64,000 bases of DNA from Bacteroidia bacterium (GCA_038320345.1 JBBQED010000009.1:64190-128189), one strand, 5' to 3'; shown: positions 1 to 10,376, counted from the stretch's first letter. A program made the numbers and translations. Notes: generated by a model not told the origin, from the sequence alone.

Positions 1-1
1 T

Positions 2-868
2 TTTATACGGTCGAAATTTAATTCTCAAGGTAATAAATTGTATTCAGTACCTACAGAAGGATTAATCGAGACTTATAATTTTGATCGTTGTTCAGGAATT
101 TTGTCAAACCCTATTACAATTGCAAATCTTTTTGGAGGAACATTTGACAATTATTGGAGCTTTGCTCTTTCTCCAGATGAAAGCAAAATATATGTCACTT
201 CAATTTATCAAACTGCTAATCAAGATTCATCTTATTTAATTCAGTTTGACCTAAATGCAACAAATTTTTTGGCAAGTGCCGATACTTTAGGAGCATTTCT
301 AGCTCCATCTACTGCTGGTATTTTACAACTCGGACCAGATGGTAAAATATATTTAAGTGTTACGTGGGCAGGATCCGATAGTTGCTATGATTACTTATAC
401 TGTTATGGAACCGTCAACACCACCAATTCAAATATTTCTGTAATTAACTTTCCAGACAGTTCAGGTGCGGCTTGTGATTTTCAGGCTTTCAGTTTTTACT
501 TAGGAGGTCATAAAGCCTATTGGGGTCTTCCCAACAATCCCAATTACGAATTAGCAAAAGATAGTGGAAGTGTTTGTGATACTTTAAGCGTTGGATTAAA
601 CGAATTAGTGAATTACCAAAACAACATCTTTGTTTATTATGATACCCCTGGACAAACAGCATTTATAAATGCCAAGGGTTTACGCGGAAAAAACTATATC
701 CTCCAAATTTTCAATATGAACGGTCAAGTAGTTCTGTCTGAAGCAGGGAAATTAGATTCCGAGTATTATACTATGAATGCAGTTTTGACGAACTGGTCAG
801 ATGGAATGTATGTAGTGAGGTTAAGTACGGAGAAGGAAATATTGACTACGAAGTTTGTAAAGAATTAG
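2..868 (+). CDS. 5'-truncated secreted protein with a T9SS (Por) C-terminal sorting domain. It is open to the window start
   Basis: The reading frame has no stop back to base 2. The C-terminal ~80 aa (KNYILQIFNMNGQVV...VVRLSTEKEILTTKFVKN) has the beta-strand pattern of T9SS type-A CTDs. The annotated TTG at 38 is probably internal. Confidence 0.55.
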   Translation, partial: FIRSKFNSQGNKLYSVPTEGLIETYNFDRCSGILSNPITIANLFGGTFDNYWSFALSPDESKIYVTSIYQTANQDSSYLIQFDLNATNFLASADTLGAFLAPSTAGILQLGPDGKIYLSVTWAGSDSCYDYLYCYGTVNTTNSNISVINFPDSSGAACDFQAFSFYLGGHKAYWGLPNNPNYELAKDSGSVCDTLSVGLNELVNYQNNIFVYYDTPGQTAFINAKGLRGKNYILQIFNMNGQVVLSEAGKLDSEYYTMNAVLTNWSDGMYVVRLSTEKEILTTKFVKN

Positions 869-1046
869 GGATTTTGCGAATAAAGATCCTTTACAAAAGG
901 AGTGTTACTATGTCGACAGTGCATAAATAGTGGAATTGTTAGTCACGTTCAATTTCAAGGTAATCTCTAGATAATACGGCCAACAATATTTTATATTTTG
1001 AATATGAAACAAGAAAATTAAGAATTAAAAAAATAGCAATAACAAA

Positions 1047-1517
1047 TTGGCGCTATCACTAAATCAAAAGGCTCCTTCTTTCTACGGAACGGATCAGCAT
1101 GGAAAAGAAGTTTCATTAGAGAAGCTGAAGGGTAAAAAAATAATATTGTATTTTTATCCTAAAGACAATACTCCTACCTGCACTACTGAAGCATGTAACC
1201 TACGGGATAATTATGATCTGCTCCAACAACAAGGGTATGTAATCATTGGAGTTTCTGCGGATACCGAAAAATCTCATCTTAAATTTTCAGAAAAATATGA
1301 ATTACCTTTTTCACTGCTATCTGATCTCGACCTCAAAATTATAAAAGCATATGATGCGTGGGGAGAAAAAATGCTTTACGGAAGAAAGTACATGGGCATC
1401 TTACGCAAAACATTTATCATCAACAAAAAAGGAATGATTGAAGAAATTATAGAAAAAGTAGAAAGTAAAAATCATACGCAACAAATTTTAGGAGAAAACA
1501 AATCTCCAAAAAAATAA
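1047..1517 (+). CDS. bcp: thiol peroxidase Bcp (peroxiredoxin, bacterioferritin comigratory protein)
   Basis: Motifs FYPKDNTPTCTTEAC and GVSADTEKSHLKF...LLSD. The apparent start codon is TTG, and there is no in-frame ATG upstream after the stop at 1026. Confidence 0.8.
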   Translation: MALSLNQKAPSFYGTDQHGKEVSLEKLKGKKIILYFYPKDNTPTCTTEACNLRDNYDLLQQQGYVIIGVSADTEKSHLKFSEKYELPFSLLSDLDLKIIKAYDAWGEKMLYGRKYMGILRKTFIINKKGMIEEIIEKVESKNHTQQILGENKSPKK

Positions 1518-1518
1518 A

Positions 1519-2418
1519 TTAACTCAAGTGAATAAACTGAGCATACACGAACCGATCTTTGCCGGATAAATCACAATAAATTCTTACATCGGTAAACTGT
1601 AAAGTACTCATCAAAGAAGCTACCCGATCACCGTGCTTTTCATTAATTTCAAACCATAATCCACCTCCTGGCTTGAGGTGACTTAATGCAAAACCTGCAA
1701 TGCGTCTGTAAAATAAAAGCGGATCATCATCTGGAACAAAAAGTGCAATATGTGGTTCAAATGCAGTAACATTTTTATGCATTGCCGGCATTTCCGAATC
1801 CATAATATACGGAGGATTACTCACGATGACATCGTATAATTGTCCGTTTACATTTTCCCAACGGTTCTGCTGAACATCCACCCAACACCACTCCACTGGA
1901 AGCTGCAATTGTTCACCATTTGTTTTTGCCAACGCAAGTGCTTCCAAAGAAATATCACATGCAGTTACTTGAGCCGAAATATTAGCATGCTTTAAAGCTA
2001 AGGCAATACATCCACTTCCAGTACACACATCTAAGATTTTAGCATCATCCGACAAAGGAACATCTTTGATGAACTCAATTAACTCTTCGGTTTCTGGACG
2101 AGGAATTAATACATCTTTATTGACATTTAGTTTCATTTCGCTGAACCATGTAAATCCTAAAACATACTGAACGGGTTCACCGGTGTTCAATCGGACTCTA
2201 TCACTATTCAACTGCTGGTATTGATCTTCACTCAACAAATCATCTTGTTTCATCATCAACTGCGCCAATGAAATTCCCAAACGCTCCGTGAGCAGATAAC
2301 GAACCAACGTAATGGCTTCCGGTGCAGGATAATATTTTTCTAGCTCCTTTCTACATACCTGCGTAAACTCACTAACGGTCATTTTACAAAAGTCAGGAAT
2401 TAATATCGAATATGCCAA
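1519..2418 (-). CDS. prmC: release factor glutamine N5-methyltransferase PrmC/HemK
   Basis: NPPY motif (VIVSNPPYI), the SAM-binding motif LDVCTGSGCIA, and a length of about 290 aa. Confidence 0.85.
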   Translation of the reverse strand: MAYSILIPDFCKMTVSEFTQVCRKELEKYYPAPEAITLVRYLLTERLGISLAQLMMKQDDLLSEDQYQQLNSDRVRLNTGEPVQYVLGFTWFSEMKLNVNKDVLIPRPETEELIEFIKDVPLSDDAKILDVCTGSGCIALALKHANISAQVTACDISLEALALAKTNGEQLQLPVEWCWVDVQQNRWENVNGQLYDVIVSNPPYIMDSEMPAMHKNVTAFEPHIALFVPDDDPLLFYRRIAGFALSHLKPGGGLWFEINEKHGDRVASLMSTLQFTDVRIYCDLSGKDRFVYAQFIHLS

Positions 2419-2578
2419 AATTAATCCTCAGCAAGTTCATTCTAAAGTCAGCGATAAACCCGCAATACTTCATTCATCTGAAAATGAAACTGTTTGCAAT
2501 AAAAACAGAGCAATTACCCGCTATTTTTAGCTGAAAGCATGGTTTCCTACGGGTATGATGCTGCGCTGAATTAACTTT

Positions 2579-3637
2579 GTGTCGGATCGCATGGAAAATC
2601 AAAACGACTTCTACTATATGCAACGCTGTATTCAACTAGCCTTACAGGGTTTAGGAACAGTAGCGCCCAATCCGTTGGTAGGTGCGGTGATCGTACATCA
2701 AAACAAAATCATAGGAGAAGGAGCACATCTTATCTATGGTGGTCCGCATGCGGAGGTCAATGCAATAGCAAGTGTAAGAGATAAATCATTGCTTTCTGAA
2801 TCTACACTTTACGTAAATTTAGAACCCTGTAGTCATTATGGGAAAACACCTCCTTGTGCTGACTTAATCATTGCCATGAAAATTCCTAGAGTAGTAATTG
2901 GCATGCAGGATCCATTTTCAGAGGTAAATGGAAGTGGGATCCAGAAATTACAAGGAGCTGGAGTTGAAGTCATCGCATCTGTTTTGGAAACTGAAAGTAA
3001 AATTTTAAATAAACGCTTCATTACTTTTCATCAGTATCATCGACCTTATCTCCTATTAAAATGGGCACAATCCGCGGATCATTTTACGGGTAAGCAGGGT
3101 GAAAAAATACAAATTAGCAACGAGCTCAGTAAACGATATAGTCATCAATGGAGAACAGAAGAATCAGCGATCCTAGTAGGTTCTACTACTGCAATCGTAG
3201 ATAATCCTCGATTAGATGTAAGATATTGGCCAGGAAAATCTCCTCTCCGCATATTATTTGACCGTACCGGAAAATTACAGACGAGGAAGGATTTACAGGT
3301 ATTCGATGGACAACATCCTACCCTCGTTTTCACGAATACTGAAAATGCTGAATATCCCCATGCAACAGTAGTTACGCTGGATCCAACTAAAGATTTTATT
3401 CAAGAAGCATTAACCGCCATATATCAACAAGGAATTCAATCTATCATCATAGAAGGTGGAGCAACCTTACAAAATGAGTTTCTACTTAAAAATTTATGGG
3501 ATGAAGCGAGAGTCTTTACTTCTTCAGAAAATATCGGAAGTGGAATAAAAGCACCCGATTTGAAAAGGAAAGCGGTCACTGTAAAAACTCTTGGAAATAA
3601 TTCACTCAGCATCTACACCAATATCTCACACCAATGA
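2579..3637 (+). CDS. ribD: bifunctional riboflavin biosynthesis protein RibD (deaminase and reductase)
   Basis: CMP/dCMP deaminase zinc motif HAEVNAI...PCSHYGKTPPC, plus a C-terminal RibD reductase domain. An alternative ATG at 2591 (MENQND) is possible. Confidence 0.85.
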   Translation: MSDRMENQNDFYYMQRCIQLALQGLGTVAPNPLVGAVIVHQNKIIGEGAHLIYGGPHAEVNAIASVRDKSLLSESTLYVNLEPCSHYGKTPPCADLIIAMKIPRVVIGMQDPFSEVNGSGIQKLQGAGVEVIASVLETESKILNKRFITFHQYHRPYLLLKWAQSADHFTGKQGEKIQISNELSKRYSHQWRTEESAILVGSTTAIVDNPRLDVRYWPGKSPLRILFDRTGKLQTRKDLQVFDGQHPTLVFTNTENAEYPHATVVTLDPTKDFIQEALTAIYQQGIQSIIIEGGATLQNEFLLKNLWDEARVFTSSENIGSGIKAPDLKRKAVTVKTLGNNSLSIYTNISHQ

Positions 3638-4518
3638 CCTTAGCATTAATGCTGAATTTAGTTATTGCATCGATGCTCTCGGCATTGCTATATATATTTC
3701 TCAAATTTTTTCAACGCTTCGGGATTTATAATTTGCATGGGTTGATGTTCAACTATATTACAGCGGCAAGCTTTGCTTTTTTCTGTGATTACCAACATAA
3801 CGTTTCTATTCTTCCCGCTTCCGTATCATTTGCGCCTTATGCATTAGGCATTGGACTACTTTTTATTATGGTTTTTTATACTGCTGCCATCACCGCACAA
3901 AAATCAGGTATTGCCATTACCTCTATTGCAGGAAAAATGTCGATGGTAGTTCCTATCATTGCAGGATTTATTTTATATGATGATCAAATCACTGGACTTC
4001 GAATTGGAGGGATGATATTAGCATTGGTAGCAGTATATTTGAGCAGTGCGAGCAAGAAAATCAACGAGGATGAAAAATCACATCATATCAACTGGTTATA
4101 TCCACTCCTCTTATTTATTGGAAGTGGATTAGTAGATACGTCCATCAAAATATCTCAGTACTATTTCATCCGACCAGAAAATGAAAATTTATTCTTCTGC
4201 TTTTTATTTGGATCGGCAGGAACCTTTGGCATCATTGCAACCCTATATTTATACATCACCAAAAAAATAAAAGTAAAACTCGTCAGTCTGATTGGCGGAG
4301 TAATACTGGGCATAGCCAATTACTATTCCTTAGTATTCTTAGTACGATGTTTAGCCGCACCAGGAGCTGAGAGCGCTTTAATATTTGCGATGACGAATAT
4401 GTTAGTAGTGGTATTTTCAGCATTAGCCGGATACTTTATCTTCTCTGAAAAACTAACCTCATCTAAACTAGTAGGTATTGGGATAGCGTTAATAGCAATA
4501 TTTATCCTCACTGCCTAA
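3634..4518 (+). CDS. polytopic membrane protein, DMT/EamA-like transporter (about 10 TM)
   Basis: Strongly hydrophobic with two repeated halves. It overlaps ribD by 4 bp (ATGA), and its TAATG junction overlaps yigZ, so it appears to be in an operon. Confidence 0.4.
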   Translation: MTLALMLNLVIASMLSALLYIFLKFFQRFGIYNLHGLMFNYITAASFAFFCDYQHNVSILPASVSFAPYALGIGLLFIMVFYTAAITAQKSGIAITSIAGKMSMVVPIIAGFILYDDQITGLRIGGMILALVAVYLSSASKKINEDEKSHHINWLYPLLLFIGSGLVDTSIKISQYYFIRPENENLFFCFLFGSAGTFGIIATLYLYITKKIKVKLVSLIGGVILGIANYYSLVFLVRCLAAPGAESALIFAMTNMLVVVFSALAGYFIFSEKLTSSKLVGIGIALIAIFILTA

Positions 4519-5135
4519 TGTTATTTGAAGATACCTATCAAAGCATTAAAGCTCCGTCGGAGGGAATCTATAAAGACAGAGGTAGTAAATTTATTGGGTT
4601 CGCCTTTCCAATAAAAACAGAAGCAGCAGTGAAAGAACATTTGCATCTAATAAAAAAGGAACATGCTCAAGCCAATCATCATTGTTATGCATTCCGACTA
4701 AGCCCCGACCCTACTGTATATCGAGCAAGCGATGATAGAGAACCATCAGGTTCAGCAGGAAAACCCATACTCGGTGCGATCAATTCACTACAACTCACGG
4801 ATGTATTGGTGGTAGTAGTCCGATATTTCGGCGGAAGTTTATTAGGAGTTCCTGGCCTCATAAACGCCTATAGAAGCGCTGCAGTTGATGCATTGCACCA
4901 CGCAGAAATTATTGAGAAAACCATTGATGACCATTATGAAATTCAATTCTCTTATGAGTGCATCAACGATGTACATGCCTTACTCAAAGGCGCGGGAGCA
5001 AGAATTGTATTTCAGGATTATGCTGAACCCTGTATCATCCATTTCGACATCAGAATAAGTAAAAGCAGTATTTTAGCCGATCGAATTAAAGAACATCCCG
5101 TATTAGCCATTAAAGCCAGTTTGAAACACCGTTAA
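4518..5135 (+). CDS. yigZ: IMPACT/YigZ family protein (UPF0029)
   Basis: KDRGSKFIG...HHCYAFRL...DDREPSGSAGKPIL signature. Confidence 0.8.
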   Translation: MLFEDTYQSIKAPSEGIYKDRGSKFIGFAFPIKTEAAVKEHLHLIKKEHAQANHHCYAFRLSPDPTVYRASDDREPSGSAGKPILGAINSLQLTDVLVVVVRYFGGSLLGVPGLINAYRSAAVDALHHAEIIEKTIDDHYEIQFSYECINDVHALLKGAGARIVFQDYAEPCIIHFDIRISKSSILADRIKEHPVLAIKASLKHR

Positions 5136-5139
5136 ACCT

Positions 5140-6051
5140 ATGCAACTATTACATAAACTCTGTTCTATTCAAGCACCCTCAGGACAAGAAGCCAAAATGC
5201 AGGAGTTTTTATTGGGATACATCGAATCCGAAAAACATAAATGGAAAACTCAGCCTCAGGTACTTTACGGAGATGACTTCCAACATTGCATCATGTTAGT
5301 CTTCGGAAATCCACGCACCGCAGTTTACACGCATATGGACAATATCGGTTTCACAGTACGGTATCATCATCAGCTGGTGAAAATTGGCGGACCTAAAGTT
5401 GCTACCGGAACTAAATTAGTTGGGGAGGATAGTGATGGTCCAGTGGAATGTGAATTGGAAGTGGATGAAGAAAATCAATTAACCTATAAAGGACTGCGTG
5501 AAATCGAGCGCGGAACAAATTTAAGTTTCAAACCAAATTTTCGCGAAGACAATCAATACATTCAAAGTTGTTATTTAGACAATCGCTTAGGTGTTTATAT
5601 TTCTTTGATGTTAGCAGAAACTTTAGAAAATGGAGTCATTGTTTTTTCATGTTGGGAAGAACATGGTGGTGGATCCGTACCTTTTCTTGCCAAATTTTTA
5701 TGGGATCATTTCAGAATTAAGCAAACCTTAATTTGCGATATCACATGGATCACGGAAGGAGTTCAACATGGAAAAGGAGTTGCGATATCTTTGCGAGATT
5801 CTGGATTACCACGTAGAGTTTATGTAGATCGGATCATAAGCATTCTAGAGAAAAACGAGGTAATGTATCAGCAGGAAGTAGAGAATGCAGGAGGTAGCGA
5901 TGGCAATGAATTACAGAAGCAGCCCTACCCTATCGATTGGTGCTTTGTAGGAGCACCGGAAGACTTTGTACATACTCCAGATGAAAAAGTTCACAAGGAT
6001 GATGTGCGATCCATGTTAGATGCTTACAAAGTATTGATGCGTGAATTGTAA
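5140..6051 (+). CDS. M42-family metallopeptidase-like protein (FrvX/YsdC-like aminopeptidase)
   Basis: The N-terminal LLHKLCSIQAPSGQEAKMQEFLLGYI resembles M42 peptidases. It is shorter than typical members. Confidence 0.45.
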   Translation: MQLLHKLCSIQAPSGQEAKMQEFLLGYIESEKHKWKTQPQVLYGDDFQHCIMLVFGNPRTAVYTHMDNIGFTVRYHHQLVKIGGPKVATGTKLVGEDSDGPVECELEVDEENQLTYKGLREIERGTNLSFKPNFREDNQYIQSCYLDNRLGVYISLMLAETLENGVIVFSCWEEHGGGSVPFLAKFLWDHFRIKQTLICDITWITEGVQHGKGVAISLRDSGLPRRVYVDRIISILEKNEVMYQQEVENAGGSDGNELQKQPYPIDWCFVGAPEDFVHTPDEKVHKDDVRSMLDAYKVLMREL

Positions 6052-6054
6052 TCG

Positions 6055-6459
6055 TTAAAAATACTTCGCTAATTTTTCCATCACTTCATGAGGAGCCGCG
6101 CAAGGTTTCATAGATTTTTTATCTACAAACACCAAAGTTGTTTTAGCGGTATTGATGAGAACATCGCTTTCGTTATACGTTTCGTATTCAAATAAAATTC
6201 GTGCAGCAGGTAATGATGGAATTATTGTTTTTATGGTTAACAATTCATCATAGAAAGCAGGACGAATAAAATTCACGGAATAATTAAGAACCGGAAGTAA
6301 GATTCCTTTTTCTTCCATTTCACGATAACTGATGCCGAGCGATCGCAATGCTTCTACGCGCGCCACTTCAAAATACTGCGCATAATTTCCGTAGTAAACA
6401 TAATTCATCCGATCTGTTTCGGAATAGCGAACTCGCAATTGAAATTCTGTCTGGTACAT
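6055..6459 (-). CDS. acyl-CoA thioesterase (YbgC/4HBT hotdog fold)
   Basis: YQTEFQLRVRYSETDRMNYVYYGNYAQYFEVAR motif. The start is trimmed to the ATG at 6459 (MYQTE). The longer ORF to 6522 is probably an extension. Confidence 0.7.
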   Translation of the reverse strand: MYQTEFQLRVRYSETDRMNYVYYGNYAQYFEVARVEALRSLGISYREMEEKGILLPVLNYSVNFIRPAFYDELLTIKTIIPSLPAARILFEYETYNESDVLINTAKTTLVFVDKKSMKPCAAPHEVMEKLAKYF

Positions 6460-6578
6460 ATCAAATATCTGCGAAGATGCAAAAAAATAGGAGAGATTTA
6501 TTTTTTTATTTTGGAGTACCAATCGGTGATTCCGTGATTATACTTGCAACTTCGAAATTAATCTGCCTGAAATTAAGA

Positions 6579-7328
6579 ATGCCACTTCGGAATACGTACT
6601 TACTTCTTCTTCTGATTACTAGCCTAATTGCCTGCAGAAGTACCAGTACCATAGAGAAAGTAGAAACGAGTCAGTATATAATGAGCGATAGTGCGAATCC
6701 AAAAATCGATTCTGCATTATGGAAAATGGTTGATCCTTACCGAGTTCAGCTTTCCAAAACGATGAGTGAAACACTTGCGATATCCGCACAGATGCTCACC
6801 AAAGAAACACCGGAAGGATTGCTAGGTAATTTCGCAGCTGACGCCTGTGCATCTGTGATCAAAGCATCGGGAAAATACACAGTTGATTTTACAGTGCTCA
6901 ACAACGGAGGATTAAGGACTTCACTACCATCAGGATCTCTGATACTGAGTAACATCTTTGAGTTAATGCCTTTTGAAAATGAATTGGTCATTCTAACACT
7001 CGATGGAAAAACTACTGGTGAATTGCTGAATTATATAGCTGCAAAAGGCGGTGTTCCTGTTTCAGGAATCCGAATGAAGATCAATGACAAGAAAGTCATT
7101 TCCGCAGAAATAGGAGAAAACAAGTACGACAGTACAGCAACTTACAATATACTCACGTCAGACTATCTGGCAGGTGGTGGAGATAACATGAATTTCCTCC
7201 TATCCACCAAGAAAAAAGAAATTACCAATATCAAGGTTAGAGATGCAATGATTCAGTATCTTCATGATCTCAGTAAAAAAGGGGAACCATTAGTAGTAGT
7301 AAAAGATGGCAGAATTCGAAATTTATAA
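6579..7328 (+). CDS. 5'-nucleotidase C-terminal-domain lipoprotein (substrate-binding half of a UshA-type nucleotidase)
   Basis: Start reset to the ATG at 6579, which gives a lipoprotein signal MPLRNTYLLLLLITSLIAC. The annotated ORF from 6348 overlaps the thioesterase on the opposite strand. The domain resembles a 5'-nucleotidase C-terminal domain. Confidence 0.7.
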   Translation: MPLRNTYLLLLLITSLIACRSTSTIEKVETSQYIMSDSANPKIDSALWKMVDPYRVQLSKTMSETLAISAQMLTKETPEGLLGNFAADACASVIKASGKYTVDFTVLNNGGLRTSLPSGSLILSNIFELMPFENELVILTLDGKTTGELLNYIAAKGGVPVSGIRMKINDKKVISAEIGENKYDSTATYNILTSDYLAGGGDNMNFLLSTKKKEITNIKVRDAMIQYLHDLSKKGEPLVVVKDGRIRNL

Positions 7329-8253
7329 CCGCCGTAATTTCATCGGAGCCATTCTAAAAACTGTTGCGCTTATGGGATTTGCAGGACTACCTGTTGATCT
7401 GCTCGCTGCAAAAAATATTGTACGCATCACTATTCTTCATACCAACGATACACATAGTCGTATCGATCCATTTCCGATGAATGATCCAAAGTATCCGGGC
7501 ATGGGAGGAGTGGCAAGAAGAAAAGAACTGATCAATAAAATCAGATCCGAAAATGAACATGTACTTTTATTAGATAGTGGAGATATATTTCAGGGAACAC
7601 CTTACTTCAATTTATATGGAGGTGAAGTAGAATTTAAAATGATGACCCAACTGAAATACGATGCATCTACTCTGGGAAATCATGATTTCGATAATGGCAT
7701 ATCAGGATTTGTAAAACAATTACCACATGCAGGATTTCCATTTCTGAATGTGAATTATGATTTTAGTAAAACGGAGTTAAAAGAAAAAACACTACCTTAC
7801 AAAATATTCGAAAACGGAGGAATTAAAACTGGTGTGTTTGGTGTTGGAATAGAACTCAAAGGATTAGTAGAAGAAAAACTTTACGGCAATACTATTTATT
7901 TAGATCCCGTAGAAACAGCACAAGCAACTGCAACTCAACTTAAGAAAAAACATCATTGCGATCTGGTGATCTGTTTATCACATCTCGGATACAAATATGA
8001 AAATCAAAATAAAATATCAGATGAACAACTTGCTAAAAAAACGAACGACATCGACCTTATTCTTGGAGGCCACACACATACATTTCTTGATCAGCCTGAA
8101 CGTTTCTCCAATAAATCAGGAAAAGATGTTCTTGTAGCACAAGCAGGATGGGCAGGTATCCGACTAGGTAGGATCGATTTTCTCGTCGAGAAAAAAACCG
8201 GAAAAGTTTTCAGCTCCGGCTCTTCAGAAAAAGTTTCCACAAAGTCAAGTTGA
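7306..8253 (+). CDS. calcineurin-like metallophosphoesterase (catalytic half of a bifunctional metallophosphatase/5'-nucleotidase)
   Basis: GDxHG-type motifs: ILHTNDTHSRIDP, DSGDIFQG, GNHDFDNG and GGHTH. It overlaps the upstream gene by 23 bp. Confidence 0.75.
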   Translation: MAEFEIYNRRNFIGAILKTVALMGFAGLPVDLLAAKNIVRITILHTNDTHSRIDPFPMNDPKYPGMGGVARRKELINKIRSENEHVLLLDSGDIFQGTPYFNLYGGEVEFKMMTQLKYDASTLGNHDFDNGISGFVKQLPHAGFPFLNVNYDFSKTELKEKTLPYKIFENGGIKTGVFGVGIELKGLVEEKLYGNTIYLDPVETAQATATQLKKKHHCDLVICLSHLGYKYENQNKISDEQLAKKTNDIDLILGGHTHTFLDQPERFSNKSGKDVLVAQAGWAGIRLGRIDFLVEKKTGKVFSSGSSEKVSTKSS

Positions 8254-8364
8254 AAAAATTTTTTTTTGATCTTTTTTTACACAATATTTGTCCCCGTTCC
8301 AGAGTACTCTATTTAGTTTCACCAAAAAAGACAGCGAACTTTTAAAAAAATACGGCCAACAGGT

Positions 8365-9822
8365 ATGCAGAAGGAAAAGGAAACACTACCCCAAGAAAAA
8401 ACCTGTGAGCAAGTTTGGGAAAATTGTTTAAAGCTAGTTCGTGATAATGTAACTCCTCAGAATTTCAAGACTTGGTTTGAGCCTATCAAACCTATAAAGC
8501 TTGACAACAGTACATTAACTATCGAAGTTCCAAGTCAATTCGTTTACGAATGGCTCGAAGAGCACTATATAGGATTGCTTCGTAAAACGATTAAGCGTGA
8601 GCTTGGTCTCGAAGGTCGTCTTGAGTATAGTATTTTAATGGAAAATGGATCGCAACATGCGAAGCCTTACACAGTTAAGTTCCCAGCTAAGAGTAATAAT
8701 GGATTGAAGAACCCATCCGTTCCAATGCCTCAGCATATTAGCGGTGGTATCAGAAATCCATTCATCATCCCCGGTCTGAAAAAGATTGATGTTGATTCTC
8801 AGCTCAATTCAAATTATTCATTCGAAAATTTTGTTGAAGGCGATTGTAATCGTTTAGCACGTTCTGCAGGCTACGCCGTAGCACAGAAACCTGGTGGTAC
8901 TTCTTTCAATCCCCTCCTGATCTATGGAGCTGTAGGACTGGGAAAAACACACCTTGCTCATGCGATCGGAATTGAAATCAAAAATAATTTTCCGAATAAA
9001 ACGGTTCTCTATGTTCCGAGTGAAAAGTTTATGCATCAATTTGTGGATGCTGTAAAAAATAATTCGAACAATGATTTCGTTCACTTCTATCAGATGATGG
9101 ATGTATTGATCATCGATGATATTCAGTTCTTTGCAGGAAAAGAAAAAACACAAGATGTATTCTTTCACATCTTTAATCACCTGCATCAGAATAATAAACA
9201 GATCATTCTCACGTGTGATAAACCTCCAGTTGATCTGCAAGGAATGGAACAACGCTTACTCTCCCGATTTAAATGGGGCTTAGCTGCTGATCTTCAAGTG
9301 CCTGATCTAGAAACCCGCATCGCAATTCTGAAAAAGAAAATGTATGTGGATGGTATTGAACTTCCGAATGAAATTACCGAGTATATCGCACTGAGTATCA
9401 CCAATAATATACGTGAACTTGAAGGCGCTCTGATCTCTATCATTGCACAATCATCGCTGAACAAAAAACCAATCACACTGGAATTAGCTAAACAGATGAT
9501 TGACAAGTTCGTGAAGAATACTGTTCATGAAATTTCTATCGATTATATTCAGAAAGTGGTGTGTGATTATTTTGAACTTCCTCTCGAAGTACTCAAATCA
9601 AAAACACGTAAGCGAGAAGTCGTTCAAGCACGTCAGCTGGCGATGTATTTCAGCAAGCAGTTTACGAAATCTTCCCTCTCAAATATCGGAATGCATTGCG
9701 GTGGTAAAGATCACGCTACCGTTCTTCATGCCTGCCGTACCGTCAACAATTTAATAGATACTGATAAAAAGTTTAAAGCTCAGGTGTTGGATCTTCAAAA
9801 AAGAATCAATCTCTCTCGCTAA
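8365..9822 (+). CDS. dnaA: chromosomal replication initiator protein DnaA
   Basis: Walker A GAVGLGKTHL, the DnaA signature IIDDIQFFAGKEKTQDVFFHIFNHL, and a C-terminal DNA-binding domain (VVQARQLAMYFSKQFTKSSLSNIG). Confidence 0.95.
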   Translation: MQKEKETLPQEKTCEQVWENCLKLVRDNVTPQNFKTWFEPIKPIKLDNSTLTIEVPSQFVYEWLEEHYIGLLRKTIKRELGLEGRLEYSILMENGSQHAKPYTVKFPAKSNNGLKNPSVPMPQHISGGIRNPFIIPGLKKIDVDSQLNSNYSFENFVEGDCNRLARSAGYAVAQKPGGTSFNPLLIYGAVGLGKTHLAHAIGIEIKNNFPNKTVLYVPSEKFMHQFVDAVKNNSNNDFVHFYQMMDVLIIDDIQFFAGKEKTQDVFFHIFNHLHQNNKQIILTCDKPPVDLQGMEQRLLSRFKWGLAADLQVPDLETRIAILKKKMYVDGIELPNEITEYIALSITNNIRELEGALISIIAQSSLNKKPITLELAKQMIDKFVKNTVHEISIDYIQKVVCDYFELPLEVLKSKTRKREVVQARQLAMYFSKQFTKSSLSNIGMHCGGKDHATVLHACRTVNNLIDTDKKFKAQVLDLQKRINLSR

Positions 9823-9848
9823 ATATTTTAACATCAATACAAAACATC

Positions 9849-9877
9849 GTCCCAGTCATAAAGCTGGGACTTTTTTT
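9849..9877 (+). terminator. rho-independent terminator after dnaA
   Basis: Hairpin GTCCCAG-tcataaag-CTGGGAC followed by TTTTTTT. Confidence 0.6.
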
Positions 9878-9890
9878 ATACTTGTAATTC

Positions 9891-10376
9891 ATGAAACTAT
9901 TAATGGTTTGCTTAGGGAATATTTGTCGCTCCCCAATGGCAGAAGGTATTCTTCGCCATAAACTGATTAGCGAAGGCGAAGATTACGTAGTCGACTCCGC
10001 AGGCACTGATGGCTTCCATGTAGGCGAAGGACCCGATAAAAGGGCTGTAAAGATTGCCAAGCAACATGGTGTAGATATCGTCAATCTCAAATGCAGGAAA
10101 TTTGAACACCAAGACTTTACCCGTTTCGATTATATATTCGCTATGGATAAATCGAATTACAGCAATCTGATCCGACTAGCAAAGAATGAAGAAGAAAAAT
10201 CGAGAGTACATCTGTTCCTAGAATTTACAGGAAATCCTAATGTTCAGGAAGTTCCGGATCCTTGGTATGGTAACGAAGATGATTTTGAAAACGTATACCG
10301 CCTCCTCGATAGTGCCTGCGATAAGGCTGTTGAACTCCTAAAACAAACAAAATCAAAGGCTTTAAAAAGGCCGTAA
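9891..10376 (+). CDS. low-molecular-weight protein tyrosine phosphatase
   Basis: N-terminal CX5R P-loop: VCLGNICRSPMAEG. Confidence 0.85.
   Translation: MKLLMVCLGNICRSPMAEGILRHKLISEGEDYVVDSAGTDGFHVGEGPDKRAVKIAKQHGVDIVNLKCRKFEHQDFTRFDYIFAMDKSNYSNLIRLAKNEEEKSRVHLFLEFTGNPNVQEVPDPWYGNEDDFENVYRLLDSACDKAVELLKQTKSKALKRP

Noticed and set aside
2419-2590. Possible FMN riboswitch upstream of ribD
   Set aside because: The region is about 170 nt, but I could not find the conserved RFN-element core sequences. ribD is probably regulated otherwise.
2836-3333. Antisense ORFs inside ribD (2836..3021 and 3145..3333). Similar antisense ORFs lie inside dnaA, the TPR histidine kinase, nrdJ, the permeases, tamB, katE and the PAS kinase
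   Set aside because: They are fully nested on the opposite strand of well-supported genes. They have low-complexity or odd composition and no recognisable motifs. These are typical AT-rich spurious ORFs.
6348-6578. Annotated upstream extension of the 5'-nucleotidase C-domain ORF
   Set aside because: It overlaps the thioesterase on the opposite strand. The ATG at 6579 gives a lipoprotein signal peptide.
8254-8364. oriC or DnaA-box cluster adjacent to dnaA
   Set aside because: Only a weak TTTTACACA variant is visible. No cluster of TTATCCACA-like boxes was seen, so the origin is probably elsewhere.
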